From a virus: a stretch of 64,000 bases of DNA. Position 1 is the first letter of the stretch. Each line of letters starts with the position of its first letter. Where the stretch lies: IMG/VR virus record IMGVR_UViG_3300005563_000033, positions 13,353-77,352 of that record. One strand, 5' to 3'. The translations under genes were made by a program, and so were the position numbers. Below the pieces are notes generated by a model, which was not told the origin of the DNA, searched no databases, and saw only the letters and a program-made list of their open reading frames with translations. Positions 8,862-18,345 of this stretch are shown here, one piece after another.

Positions 8862-9606
8862 AGACCCGGCTTTTTTGTTTTATTCATCTGATTTTATTAC
8901 CGGGGTGCAGGTAATGGGGATGGAGGATCGTGGGAAGTACATCACAATTCTTTGCCTAATGCATCAGCAAGGTAGGCTGTCCGAAGAAACCATTAGGTTT
9001 CTTGTAGGTTCGGTTTCGGATATCCTAAAATCTAAGTTTTCCGTCGATGAAGCCGGATTATGGTACAACAAGCGCCTGGAAGCCGAATCTGAGAAAAGAA
9101 GAAAATTCTCTAAAAGCCGCTACGACAACGGAGTTAAAGGCGGCAGACCCAAGAATCCGGAAAAACCTAGTGGTTTATCTATGGTTAACCTACCTGAAGA
9201 TGAAAATATAAATAGAATTATAGAGCAGTTGGAGAATATTTCCGGCAAACTGGACGCGACTAAAACAAAAGAGTTTATGTACTTGGTAGTAGAAATGGCA
9301 AGACTATTCATGGCTCATAACCCGGATTATTTTTTTGACAAAGAGTCCGACTATTCCGCCTGCTTGGAAATAGCGTACAAGATCGCAGCTATGAAAAAGT
9401 GGAAAAAGGCAGATGTTGTTGACGGGAAAATGAATGCTTGCCTAACTAGCTGGGCAGCGATAGTAGAATTCATAAAAGAGGATGAATGGCTGCAAAATAG
9501 ATCATTGTCGGATTTAGCAAAGGTAAATGAATGGCAACGGCTTGTTCAAAAAATGAATAATTCCAAGCCACACCAAAGTGGTTCGGAAAAAAGAATGGTT
9601 TTATGA
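8854..9606 (+). CDS. phage replication initiator (DUF1376/YdaU-like N-terminus)
   Basis: MAKDPAFLFYSSDF..G...M..E.RG.YI.ILC..HQ.G; NG.KGGRPK; directly upstream of the primase-helicase. Confidence 0.7.
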   Translation: MAKDPAFLFYSSDFITGVQVMGMEDRGKYITILCLMHQQGRLSEETIRFLVGSVSDILKSKFSVDEAGLWYNKRLEAESEKRRKFSKSRYDNGVKGGRPKNPEKPSGLSMVNLPEDENINRIIEQLENISGKLDATKTKEFMYLVVEMARLFMAHNPDYFFDKESDYSACLEIAYKIAAMKKWKKADVVDGKMNACLTSWAAIVEFIKEDEWLQNRSLSDLAKVNEWQRLVQKMNNSKPHQSGSEKRMVL

Positions 9607-11363
9607 TTTCAGAATATTGTATACAGCGCATTAAGGATTCAGCCATTATAAATGAAGTAATAGGTTCATTTATAACACTTAAGAGAGAAGGGAAAGACTA
9701 TAAAAGTTGCTGCCCTTTCCATGCGGAAAAAAGCCCGTCTTTTAGCGTTTCTCCGGTAAAGGGCATATACAAATGCTTTGGATGTGGTAAGTCTGGGGAT
9801 AGTATAACCTTTTTGATTGAACACGAAAAAATGTCTTACGTCGATGCATTGAAATGGGTGGCAAGCAAATATAATATTGAAATTGAAGAAGTTAGAACTA
9901 AAAATTATGTAAAGCCTGCCCCCAGACTACAAAAAATGAGCGACAAAGCCGTTGAATGGTTTGAAAAGGAGCGACATATAAGCAATAATACTCTTTTGCG
10001 TTTTGGTGTTACAGAGGCAATAGAATGGATGCCACAATTCAAGCAAGAGGTTAACACAATATGTTTCAACTACATTAAGGATGGCGAGTTGATAAATATT
10101 AAATTCCGTGGGCCAAAAAAGTCATTCAAGATGGCTAAGGATGCGGAATTAATTTTCTACAACTTAGACGAAATTGAAAAAGAGCAAGAATGCATAATCG
10201 TAGAAGGGGAAATAGACTGTCTCTCTCTTTATGAAGCTGGTATGTACAATGTCGTATCGGTTCCAAATGGAGCCGCGCCGGGCAACCAACGGTTAGAATA
10301 TTTAGATAATTGCTGGTCGTACTTTGAAAATAAAACGAAGATCATTCTCATGGTGGACAATGATCCGCCAGGAGAGCGATTACGAGAAGAATTAGGGCGT
10401 AGGCTTGGCTATGACAAATGCTGGCAAGTTGCATACCCGCCCGGCTGCAAAGATGCCAACGATGTGCTTATTAACCACGGGAAATCTGCCCTCAAAGTTA
10501 TTGTTGAGGAAGCTAAAATGTGGCCATTAGAGGGCTTGGTTACTATGGATGATATGTTTGAAACGGTAGTATCATTCTACGAGGATGGATATCCTAAAGG
10601 CTGTAACGCCAATATTGGCCCTTTTGATGATTACCTTACGTTTTATCCCGGGCAGTTGACGGTGATAACAGGCATCCCAGGCTCCGGTAAATCCGAATTT
10701 ATCGACTGGCTTATGGCGTCCTTAGCAAAGTATCATGATTGGACTTGGGGAATATGTAGTTTTGAGACCCCCCCCGAGTTTCATGTAACAAAATTAGCTG
10801 AGAAATTCACGAATAAATCGTTCTCTTTTAGAAAAGACCCCAATCATAGAATGAATAGGTCTGAGTTCGAATATGCTATTGGGATGATTGATAAGTACTT
10901 CCACTTCATAAATCTTTCTCTTATTGATATTACAATGGACGGACTAATTAAAAAGGGGGAAGAGTTGGTAAAAAGGAAGGGGATAAAAGGAATATTATTT
11001 GATCCGTGGAATTGCATAGAGCATAAGCATGGCGGCGAAAATGAAACTACATATGTTCTAGCCTGCTTAAATAAATTTATTGCTTTTTTGGATAAATATA
11101 AGGTGCATGGGTTTTTGGTGGCACACCCTACAAAGTTGAAAAAGGATGTGAAGACGGGGAAATACGAAATTCCAACTTTATATAGTATTTCAGGATCAGC
11201 CCATTTTTTTAATAGGACGCACAACGGACTAAGTGTATGGAGGGATTTTGAAACAAATGTGGTTGATGTGTATGTGCAGAAAGTTAAATGGAGTTGGCTT
11301 GGTAAAATAGGGTTCTGTAGCTATCAATTTAATTCATTCACAAGAGAATACGAACAATTATGA
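9603..11363 (+). CDS. primase-helicase (CHC2 zinc finger + TOPRIM + Twinkle/DnaB-like helicase)
   Basis: CPFH.EKSPSF..CFGCG; VEGEIDCLS, DND..GE, CKDAND; Walker A GIPGSGKS; DPWN; VAHP. Confidence 0.92.
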   Translation: MISEYCIQRIKDSAIINEVIGSFITLKREGKDYKSCCPFHAEKSPSFSVSPVKGIYKCFGCGKSGDSITFLIEHEKMSYVDALKWVASKYNIEIEEVRTKNYVKPAPRLQKMSDKAVEWFEKERHISNNTLLRFGVTEAIEWMPQFKQEVNTICFNYIKDGELINIKFRGPKKSFKMAKDAELIFYNLDEIEKEQECIIVEGEIDCLSLYEAGMYNVVSVPNGAAPGNQRLEYLDNCWSYFENKTKIILMVDNDPPGERLREELGRRLGYDKCWQVAYPPGCKDANDVLINHGKSALKVIVEEAKMWPLEGLVTMDDMFETVVSFYEDGYPKGCNANIGPFDDYLTFYPGQLTVITGIPGSGKSEFIDWLMASLAKYHDWTWGICSFETPPEFHVTKLAEKFTNKSFSFRKDPNHRMNRSEFEYAIGMIDKYFHFINLSLIDITMDGLIKKGEELVKRKGIKGILFDPWNCIEHKHGGENETTYVLACLNKFIAFLDKYKVHGFLVAHPTKLKKDVKTGKYEIPTLYSISGSAHFFNRTHNGLSVWRDFETNVVDVYVQKVKWSWLGKIGFCSYQFNSFTREYEQL

Positions 11364-11506
11364 AGCCAAAGAAAGATAGAAATAAACCAATGGACGGCAT
11401 TATTTATTTAAAAGACATATTTCCTGAAATGTTTGAAAGGTTCAAAAAGATAAAAAAGGGACAATATGTTAGAAATTCCAAAATGACACCATAAATACTT
11501 TTTACA

Positions 11507-11851
11507 ATGAATTACTGGGTAGTACCATCTGCTTTGTCTAAGTATGATCCTGAAATAATAAGAACAGCTAGAGCATTAAGTATAGACGATATTGTAAAAG
11601 CCGTGTGCAATTACTATATGGTACATGAAAAATTGTTATACAATAAAAACAGAAAAAGAGAAGTAGTGGATGCTAGGAATATAGTATTTTACATAGCTCG
11701 AAAGTATACTAGACTTTCTTTGAAAAATGTTGGAAAGCCATTTGGGAAAGATCATACTACCGTAATACATGGCATCCAATCATTCAAAGATAGATTTGAT
11801 ACAGAGGATAAGCTTAAAATGGAGATTGGAATAATTTGTCAATCTTTATAA
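11507..11851 (+). CDS. DnaA C-terminal (domain IV) HTH protein
   Basis: KNRKREVVDARNIVFYIARKYT.LSLKNVG..FGKDHTTVIHG. Confidence 0.85.
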   Translation: MNYWVVPSALSKYDPEIIRTARALSIDDIVKAVCNYYMVHEKLLYNKNRKREVVDARNIVFYIARKYTRLSLKNVGKPFGKDHTTVIHGIQSFKDRFDTEDKLKMEIGIICQSL

Positions 11852-11867
11852 AACATTTAAAGGAGTA

Positions 11868-12179
11868 TTGTATATGAAAAGTAGTTTAATAAAGTTGTTT
11901 CCTTGGTGTCTTTCGCTTTGTTTTTTGTGCTGGGCAGTTTGGAGTAATTTGGAATTGAACAAGACTGGCCTTATATTATTTTATGTAGAACAGTATAATG
12001 ATCGTATTCAGCATAAATATGACTCTGTAGTTAAGGTGAATGAACGAATAATTAGCCTTAACCCCTTGCATTTAGAAATAGGTTCAGCAGGGCCAAATAG
12101 AGTAATATCAGGGGACAATGATATACTAGTGCTGCAAGGAGGTAACGAAAATTCATCAGTCATTAAAATTAAAAAATAA
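11868..12179 (+). CDS. membrane-anchored hypothetical protein
   Basis: N-terminal hydrophobic segment. Confidence 0.5.
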   Translation: MYMKSSLIKLFPWCLSLCFLCWAVWSNLELNKTGLILFYVEQYNDRIQHKYDSVVKVNERIISLNPLHLEIGSAGPNRVISGDNDILVLQGGNENSSVIKIKK

Positions 12180-12182
12180 ATC

Positions 12183-12599
12183 ATGATTTCAACAACAACA
12201 AAACGTTCAGGATGTATTCCCTCAATGGTCTTTATTATGGGTATTGTAATTTGTATTTACGCTTGCAATGGCAGTAAAGCACCAGAAGTTAAAGCGCAAA
12301 CTAATCTTTGCAATATAGCTACTACTCCACGTGGTAATGACTCAGGATGGACTCTACTCAAGGCAGAGTATACGGTAGGTAAGAAATGGGCTTATGGAGA
12401 CTCGATTAAAAGCGAGGGCCAGTTTAAAATGGATACCATATCTTGGAGAGTATTTATTTTAGACACCGCTAGAGATGCAAAAGGTAAACCCATCTATGAT
12501 TCTACTCTTAAAAGATGGAAACCGGGTGGATACTGGGTAGAACTAACCGAAGCCCAAAAACAAGCAAATCTTATTCATATACTACCTAAATCTAAATAA
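12183..12599 (+). CDS. putative lipoprotein
   Basis: VFIMGIVICIYAC lipobox-like; DSI, DTI, DTA, DST sequons. Confidence 0.55.
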   Translation: MISTTTKRSGCIPSMVFIMGIVICIYACNGSKAPEVKAQTNLCNIATTPRGNDSGWTLLKAEYTVGKKWAYGDSIKSEGQFKMDTISWRVFILDTARDAKGKPIYDSTLKRWKPGGYWVELTEAQKQANLIHILPKSK

Positions 12600-12600
12600 A

Positions 12601-12846
12601 GTGACTATAATAGTAGAGACAAATACAGAGACCTTTAAAAGGATTGGCAACGGAGAATTAACTATGATTGTCCATAAATTCAATAAGCCAATTGCCGTGA
12701 CCGATAATATTATCTTTCAGGAAGTAGTAGGCGAAGTAAAGCACACCGGGGAAGAGTTAACCTATGTAGTTTCCCAGATTGAAACGGATGGGTGCAAAGC
12801 TGGATATTCGGCCGTAGCTTTCAAAGAAAAAGAACCAAACTATTAA
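12601..12846 (+). CDS. DUF3850/ASCH-like protein
   Basis: F.RI.NGE.T......D.IIFQE....TGEEL...VS.I...G.K.GY pattern. Confidence 0.55.
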   Translation: MTIIVETNTETFKRIGNGELTMIVHKFNKPIAVTDNIIFQEVVGEVKHTGEELTYVVSQIETDGCKAGYSAVAFKEKEPNY

Positions 12847-12849
12847 GCC

Positions 12850-13482
12850 ATGAAATACTTTATTGACCAAGAATTTATAGAGGGCTTTTATAAGCCAACT
12901 TTCGGCAAAAGGCGTCATTTCATAGACTTAATCAGCATAGGCATAGTAAGTGAGGATAACAGGGGGCTATATTTCCTAAGCAGCGAATACAACTATAAAG
13001 ATGCCGACAAATGGGTTAAAGACAACGTTATTCTTAAAGCCTATACCCATGCAGTACACGGGGACAACAGAAACAGATATTCGGCAAATACTTTCCATAA
13101 ATCGTTTGGCGTCCCTGTGAAAGAAATACGAAAGGAGATATTGAAGTTTATAGGAGACGATAAGGATATTTCATTCTACGGGTATTATGCAGACTATGAC
13201 TGGGTGCTATTTTGTTCCATATTTGGCCGCATGATAGACTTGCCTAAAGGATGGCCTATGTATTGTATCGACTTAAAACAAGAACTAGATAGAAGGGTGG
13301 CCGCTTTGACAAATAGCGACTTCCTGACTCATTTCCATGTGCCAGAACCTTTAAAATTTGAAGATAAATTACGACTAGTTAAAGAGAAAAATGTAAGGTA
13401 TCCCAAACAATCCAACGAACATTTGGCCATAAACGATGCCGCCTGGAACAAAGAACTTTACAAATTCCTACAAACTTTGTAA
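12850..13482 (+). CDS. DEDDh 3'-5' exonuclease (Rv2179c-like)
   Basis: YFIDQEF, DLISIGIV, YYADYDWV, CIDLKQ, EHLAINDA. Confidence 0.8.
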   Translation: MKYFIDQEFIEGFYKPTFGKRRHFIDLISIGIVSEDNRGLYFLSSEYNYKDADKWVKDNVILKAYTHAVHGDNRNRYSANTFHKSFGVPVKEIRKEILKFIGDDKDISFYGYYADYDWVLFCSIFGRMIDLPKGWPMYCIDLKQELDRRVAALTNSDFLTHFHVPEPLKFEDKLRLVKEKNVRYPKQSNEHLAINDAAWNKELYKFLQTL

Positions 13483-13485
13483 CCC

Positions 13486-13899
13486 ATGAATACATACATA
13501 CTACTAATATTCCTTTTTATTGGGAATGTTTGTTTCGGGCAAAATGATCTGATAGAAAAGATCAGAAGTGGCGGCAATTACAATGATTCTGCCATAAGAT
13601 ATGTACTTTATAAATCTGATTCTTTTAAGATATTCTACAGATTTGATAATACATTCTGGTCAGAACCAATGGTAGGGATTATTATTAGAGATAGTGCAGG
13701 AAACTATGACGAAAATGCGGTTAATGAATATTATAGGCAAAACAGGCATTACTTTGCCGAAGTAACCGTAAGTTTAATTAAGAAGGGAAAGTCAATTAAA
13801 TCATGGCCGCCTATTTCAACAAAATATGTCCCTGCTGGCTGCTTCGAAGATGTTCCAGAAGGTTATGTCAAACAAGTTCTAAATGAGAAGAAACCATGA
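13486..13899 (+). CDS. exported hypothetical protein
   Basis: signal peptide ending CFG, Gln at +1. Confidence 0.55.
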   Translation: MNTYILLIFLFIGNVCFGQNDLIEKIRSGGNYNDSAIRYVLYKSDSFKIFYRFDNTFWSEPMVGIIIRDSAGNYDENAVNEYYRQNRHYFAEVTVSLIKKGKSIKSWPPISTKYVPAGCFEDVPEGYVKQVLNEKKP

Positions 13900-14120
13900 T
13901 AAAATTATCTTCCATACTACTAATGCTTTTTATTATTTTCACTGGATGTTATTCTCCGCGTGATTCTAATGGTCGATATTGGCCAGCAAAGTGTGTATGG
14001 AAGAGAGTGCTATCAAAAAAGGAACATAAGTCATTACCCCCATTTATAAAAATGCCCCGACAAAAAAGCCGGGGCCTAACCAAAGTAAATTCAGATGAAA
14101 TTAAGCAGCACCCGTATTAA
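13896..14120 (+). CDS. putative small lipoprotein
   Basis: ILLMLFIIFTGC lipobox. Confidence 0.5.
   Translation: MIKLSSILLMLFIIFTGCYSPRDSNGRYWPAKCVWKRVLSKKEHKSLPPFIKMPRQKSRGLTKVNSDEIKQHPY
14054..14075 (-). terminator. intrinsic terminator for the 14101..14385 gene
   Basis: GCCCCG..CGGGGC stem followed by a T run on the minus strand. Confidence 0.6.
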
Positions 14121-14385
14121 GAGTAGCAGCAGTGGAATCGGTAAGATACTTTTTACCGTGGGTATTAAGCCCGGTGGGAAGTACTTCTACGATAGCGTTA
14201 CAGGTAGCCGAACCTACGGTAATAGCAGGACTAATTGCCGTAAAGACCGTACCGGCAGAAGCAACGCTTTTGGCAATACCCATAGGAGAGTTGGCGTACG
14301 GGTAAATGTTGCTTGTGCTTGAATTGATTTTGGAGTCATTGCCTGTATACTCTCCATACCCTTGAAAGATTACATGACCAGCCAT
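14101..14385 (-). CDS. small Ala/Thr/Ser/Gly-rich protein, possibly a virion decoration protein
   Basis: own terminator, AT-rich start, beta-rich composition. Confidence 0.65.
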   Translation of the reverse strand: MAGHVIFQGYGEYTGNDSKINSSTSNIYPYANSPMGIAKSVASAGTVFTAISPAITVGSATCNAIVEVLPTGLNTHGKKYLTDSTAATLNTGAA

Positions 14386-14432
14386 TTTGTTTAGTTTTAA
14401 TGTTAGGTAAATAATATATATTAGTAAAAATA

Positions 14433-15860
14433 ATGAAAAATTTAGATAGGGTAACTTTAATTATTGTTGATACTTATAGATATGGACGGGCATTGCATAG
14501 CCTTAAAATGTCTCTAATCCAAATAAAACCAGCCAGAACCATATTTTTTACTGACATAGATTTGGATTGTGGACCAGATATAGAGGTAGTAAAAATAGAC
14601 CCAATTCAGTCAAAACAAGATTATAGCCGGTGGGTAATGCGAGAGCTTTATAAGCACATTACTACTGAGTTTGTGCTAGTAACCCAGTGGGATGGATGGA
14701 CGTTAGACGGGGAACTATGGAATGATGAATTTTATGAGTATGACTATTTGGGTGCCCCCTGGATTTTCGAGCATAATCGCAACATCGCAAATGGTGGATT
14801 TTCTTTAAGATCGAAACAACTTTGCGAAATATTAGGGACTGACCCGCTGATACAAATTACTCATCCAGAAGATCAATCGATAGGTATTCTATATAGAGGT
14901 TACTTGGAAGAAACTTATGGAATAAAATTTCCATCCGAAGAACTAGCCGACACGTTTGCCTTTGAATTAAAATGCCCAGCAACCCCCACCTTTGGATTTC
15001 ATGGCTGGTTCCATAAACCTTATCAAAAGACCGTCGTTATAAAAAGGACTGCTGCAATGGGAGATGTAGTGCAAACGGAAGCTGTCCTTTACTATTTTTT
15101 CAAAAAAGGGTATAGGGTGGTTCTGGACACGTTGCCGCAATTCCACAATCTTTTTATTCAGCATCAATTCAAAGTACACCGGCCAGAAGAAGTAGACGGG
15201 AGAGTATTAGCTACGGCCAAAAAGTATGATCTAGATTTTTCCTACGAAAGCAAACCAGCACAACTTCATCTTAAAACTTATTTTGAGTTTTGTGAAGTGC
15301 CAGAAAGCGAAATGTTACTTCAAAATCCAGTACTACATCTTAATATCCCGAAAGACCAATCTACTAAATTATTCAAGAAGTATGCGGTCATTCACTACCC
15401 TGACCGTAAGCAAAATTCGCGCAATATTCAAGGAAAAATTGATTGGGTGTCTGTAGTTAAATATCTTAAAACAAAAGGATACGACTCCATCCAGCTAAGT
15501 GGCGGTAAAGACATTGAGGGGGCTTTACGAATGCAGACGCCAGGAGAACCATTTTTAATGTGGGTATTGCGAGAGGCTGATCTAATGATAGCAATTGACA
15601 GTGGCCCGGCGAATATCGCGGTGGCATTTGATGTACCCGCTATCATATTTTTTGGGTCTGTTGACGCCTCTCATATATACGCTGACTTAAGTAAGGTTGA
15701 GGTAATAGAAACGGAGCCTAATTGTGGCAATAGAAAATGTTGGAGCCGTGTAGTTGGTTGCGAAGGTATGGAATGTGTGGTAGACGAATCCCGCCCGCCA
15801 TGCGTACAGTACACCACCGAACAAGTCATAACCGCTATAAATAATATCACATGCAAATAA
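14433..15860 (+). CDS. DUF5672-like GT-A domain fused to GT9 (heptosyltransferase-like) domain
   Basis: QWDG, YDYLGAPW, NGGFSLRSK, PED, TFGFHG; then RTAAMGDVV and ADLMIAIDSGPANIAVAF. Confidence 0.8.
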   Translation: MKNLDRVTLIIVDTYRYGRALHSLKMSLIQIKPARTIFFTDIDLDCGPDIEVVKIDPIQSKQDYSRWVMRELYKHITTEFVLVTQWDGWTLDGELWNDEFYEYDYLGAPWIFEHNRNIANGGFSLRSKQLCEILGTDPLIQITHPEDQSIGILYRGYLEETYGIKFPSEELADTFAFELKCPATPTFGFHGWFHKPYQKTVVIKRTAAMGDVVQTEAVLYYFFKKGYRVVLDTLPQFHNLFIQHQFKVHRPEEVDGRVLATAKKYDLDFSYESKPAQLHLKTYFEFCEVPESEMLLQNPVLHLNIPKDQSTKLFKKYAVIHYPDRKQNSRNIQGKIDWVSVVKYLKTKGYDSIQLSGGKDIEGALRMQTPGEPFLMWVLREADLMIAIDSGPANIAVAFDVPAIIFFGSVDASHIYADLSKVEVIETEPNCGNRKCWSRVVGCEGMECVVDESRPPCVQYTTEQVITAINNITCK

Positions 15861-16432
15861 CCTTAGAAGGATTACATGGTAGTGGAGAACTTTGGCTAGA
15901 CATAATGAGAATTATTTGTGGAAATACGTATGGCAAATCGTTCCTAGACGCTGGTTGCCATAAAGCCCCTTATACGCCTTCACTTGGGTTTACAGAAAGG
16001 ACATACGTTGATATTCAAGGACGGAAATTAGACCATTCGGAGGAGCAAAGATATTTTATACAAGACGATGTGGTAGAATATTTATATTTCAGTAAAAAGC
16101 ATTTTGATGTTATTATCGCAAGTGATTTTCTGGAACATTTGACAATTGAAAAAGGGTACGAGTTTATAGCATTGATATGTATGAACTCCAATAAGCAAAT
16201 TATTTTTACACCATTAGGAGAATATAACATCACCGATGATAATCATCCAGATAGCCATCATAGTGGGTGGACGCCGGAAATGTTTGTAGATAAGAGTCCG
16301 TTTAACTGGCTTTTTATTGTGCTGCCAAACTTTCATCCAACCTTAGAAGTCGGTGCATTTTTCGCAATCAGGTGTGAACAAGATGATCAATTAAGAATCT
16401 ATAACGAAATAAAAAATAAATATGTTAAGTAA
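15851..16432 (+). CDS. class I SAM-dependent methyltransferase
   Basis: FLDAGC motif I, FDVIIASDFLEHL, FTP.G, H.SGW. Confidence 0.7.
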   Translation: MQITLEGLHGSGELWLDIMRIICGNTYGKSFLDAGCHKAPYTPSLGFTERTYVDIQGRKLDHSEEQRYFIQDDVVEYLYFSKKHFDVIIASDFLEHLTIEKGYEFIALICMNSNKQIIFTPLGEYNITDDNHPDSHHSGWTPEMFVDKSPFNWLFIVLPNFHPTLEVGAFFAIRCEQDDQLRIYNEIKNKYVK

Positions 16433-17108
16433 GATTGAGCAAATACAAGAAGCTATTTTTTATGCGGAACAAAGACAGTCTAAAATTACGCCACTGGCCT
16501 TGGCCGTTCCGGCATTAAGCTCTTTAAACATTCGCCATTTAATGAATAATTTAGGGGCCATATCCACGCATTATCTTGAACATGGCGTCCATAAAGGAGG
16601 TTTATTCTGCGCAACCGTCTTTAAGAACAACAACCTTATGTCAGCTACAGCGGTGGATAACTTTGAATCAGACGAACATAACGCTGATAAGGCTATGCCG
16701 CAGTTTCTGGAAAATGTAGAAATATGTTTGCCAAAAGAACTGAAAATGGGGTTCGTTCATAGAGAGGAAGAAAATACTTTGACAGAGTGCTTTACGCTCA
16801 TTAAGCGAAATAGTTTCGATGTTTCTCCGGAAGAAATACCGCACAAGATAGACTTATATCTTTTTGATGCAGATCACAGTGAGGATTCGCAATGCCGGGC
16901 CTTAACTCACTTCCTCCCTGCAATGGCAGATGAATTTATTTTTTGCGTAGATGATTGGGATTTTCCAGAAGTGAGTGCCGGAACCCTAAGAGGGATAAAG
17001 GAAACAGGAGTTGAAATATTGTTTTGTCAAATATTCGAAGGGAATGACCACGATAATGACGGCTGGTGGAATGGCTATGCGGTGTTCCTGCTAAAAAAGA
17101 AGGTATGA
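16422..17108 (+). CDS. SAM-dependent methyltransferase (Methyltransf_24-like)
   Basis: YLEHGVHKG, AVDNF, YLFDADHS, CVDDWD, WWNG. Confidence 0.75.
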   Translation: MLSKIEQIQEAIFYAEQRQSKITPLALAVPALSSLNIRHLMNNLGAISTHYLEHGVHKGGLFCATVFKNNNLMSATAVDNFESDEHNADKAMPQFLENVEICLPKELKMGFVHREEENTLTECFTLIKRNSFDVSPEEIPHKIDLYLFDADHSEDSQCRALTHFLPAMADEFIFCVDDWDFPEVSAGTLRGIKETGVEILFCQIFEGNDHDNDGWWNGYAVFLLKKKV

Positions 17109-17857
17109 GCAAACGATTAGGGGGAACGATGTTTGTTATTGATGGCCTAAAATGGGACTACCCTTTCGAAGAGTCTATTTTGTCCATGAAAGAGCATTGT
17201 GATGAAATTATCATTTTAGATGCTGGTTCATTGGATGGAACGGCTCAGGTGTTGAAAAAGTTAGAGGATAAAAAGACCAAAGTAATTTACCTAGATCGTA
17301 CCGAATGGGAAGAACAAAAAGGGTGGCAAAAATTAAATTACTTTTCCAATAAGGCCATTGCGGAACTTACAACCGAATGGAATTGGTATCAGCAATCCGA
17401 CGAAATTCTACATGAGCATTGTTATAACGTACTAAGAGGAGCCATAAATTCAGGCAAAGCAGATAGCTATATGTGTGCTAGGTTCAATCTATGGGCATCC
17501 CCTTACAAGATGATTAATGTTGTCGGGAATAGGAACCCGTGCAGCACTAAAGTTCTAAGACTGGCCAAATCTCAGTATATGACATACGGAGACGCCGAAA
17601 GCATTGCTTGCGACAACGTGAACGAAGACTATGTTAATCGTATTCGATTATATCATATGGGATTTGTAAGGTCAAAAGAAGTACACGCGGCCAAAATAAG
17701 ACACATGCAAGCAGACGTGTTCCAGGTTACGCCGGACGCAAAACTAGAAGGAATGACTACATTTGACCCGTATAAATGGTTTTCCGAGGACGATCTTATC
17801 CCAATTCCAGAACCATTACCCAGAGTCATACAAGAATGGGCAAGAGCTAGGGAATAA
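17105..17857 (+). CDS. GT2-like glycosyltransferase
   Basis: DYPF.ESI.S, ILDAGSLDGT, QQSDEILHE, LYHMG; ATG overlaps the upstream stop. Confidence 0.75.
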   Translation: MSKRLGGTMFVIDGLKWDYPFEESILSMKEHCDEIIILDAGSLDGTAQVLKKLEDKKTKVIYLDRTEWEEQKGWQKLNYFSNKAIAELTTEWNWYQQSDEILHEHCYNVLRGAINSGKADSYMCARFNLWASPYKMINVVGNRNPCSTKVLRLAKSQYMTYGDAESIACDNVNEDYVNRIRLYHMGFVRSKEVHAAKIRHMQADVFQVTPDAKLEGMTTFDPYKWFSEDDLIPIPEPLPRVIQEWARARE

Positions 17858-17893
17858 ACAAAAAATCCTTAACTTAGTAAAAATTTAAATATT

Positions 17894-18118
17894 ATGCCAA
17901 CTACATCTGCCAGCACTAAGGTAAACCATGCTGACCTTCCCAATCTTTCAGGGCAATCCGTTGTCGTTCGCTTCACTTCCGATGAATCTGAAAAAAGAGG
18001 AACCGTTAGCACTTATGACAGCGGTAACCAGAAGGTAAGGATTAACCAAGGGAAACGCCATTTCTGGGTTCCATCCGTAAATACTACATCCCACATTATC
18101 CGGGTAGAAAACTTCTAA
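17894..18118 (+). CDS. small beta-barrel hypothetical protein
   Basis: 74 aa after TAACTTAG promoter-like motif. Confidence 0.6.
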   Translation: MPTTSASTKVNHADLPNLSGQSVVVRFTSDESEKRGTVSTYDSGNQKVRINQGKRHFWVPSVNTTSHIIRVENF

Positions 18119-18121
18119 GCC

Positions 18122-18340
18122 GTGACCAAGGTAAAAGTTTCAAAAGGGAAGGGACAAATAACCTATCCGCCAGATCATAAACCGGGGATGAGAGTGCCAA
18201 AGGGCGGTAGTTCGTGTTTATCATGCGAGTACCTTTCGGATGGGAAATGTACCAACCGCTACTTTATAAAGTGGAATGGAAGTGGTGTATTGCCAGCACC
18301 CCCCGACGAATACTGTTCGGACTGGTATGAGCAAAAATAA
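18122..18340 (+). CDS. small Cys-rich metal-binding protein
   Basis: CxxC-x6-C-x21-C with aromatic residues. Confidence 0.6.
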   Translation: MTKVKVSKGKGQITYPPDHKPGMRVPKGGSSCLSCEYLSDGKCTNRYFIKWNGSGVLPAPPDEYCSDWYEQK

Positions 18341-18345
18341 TATTT

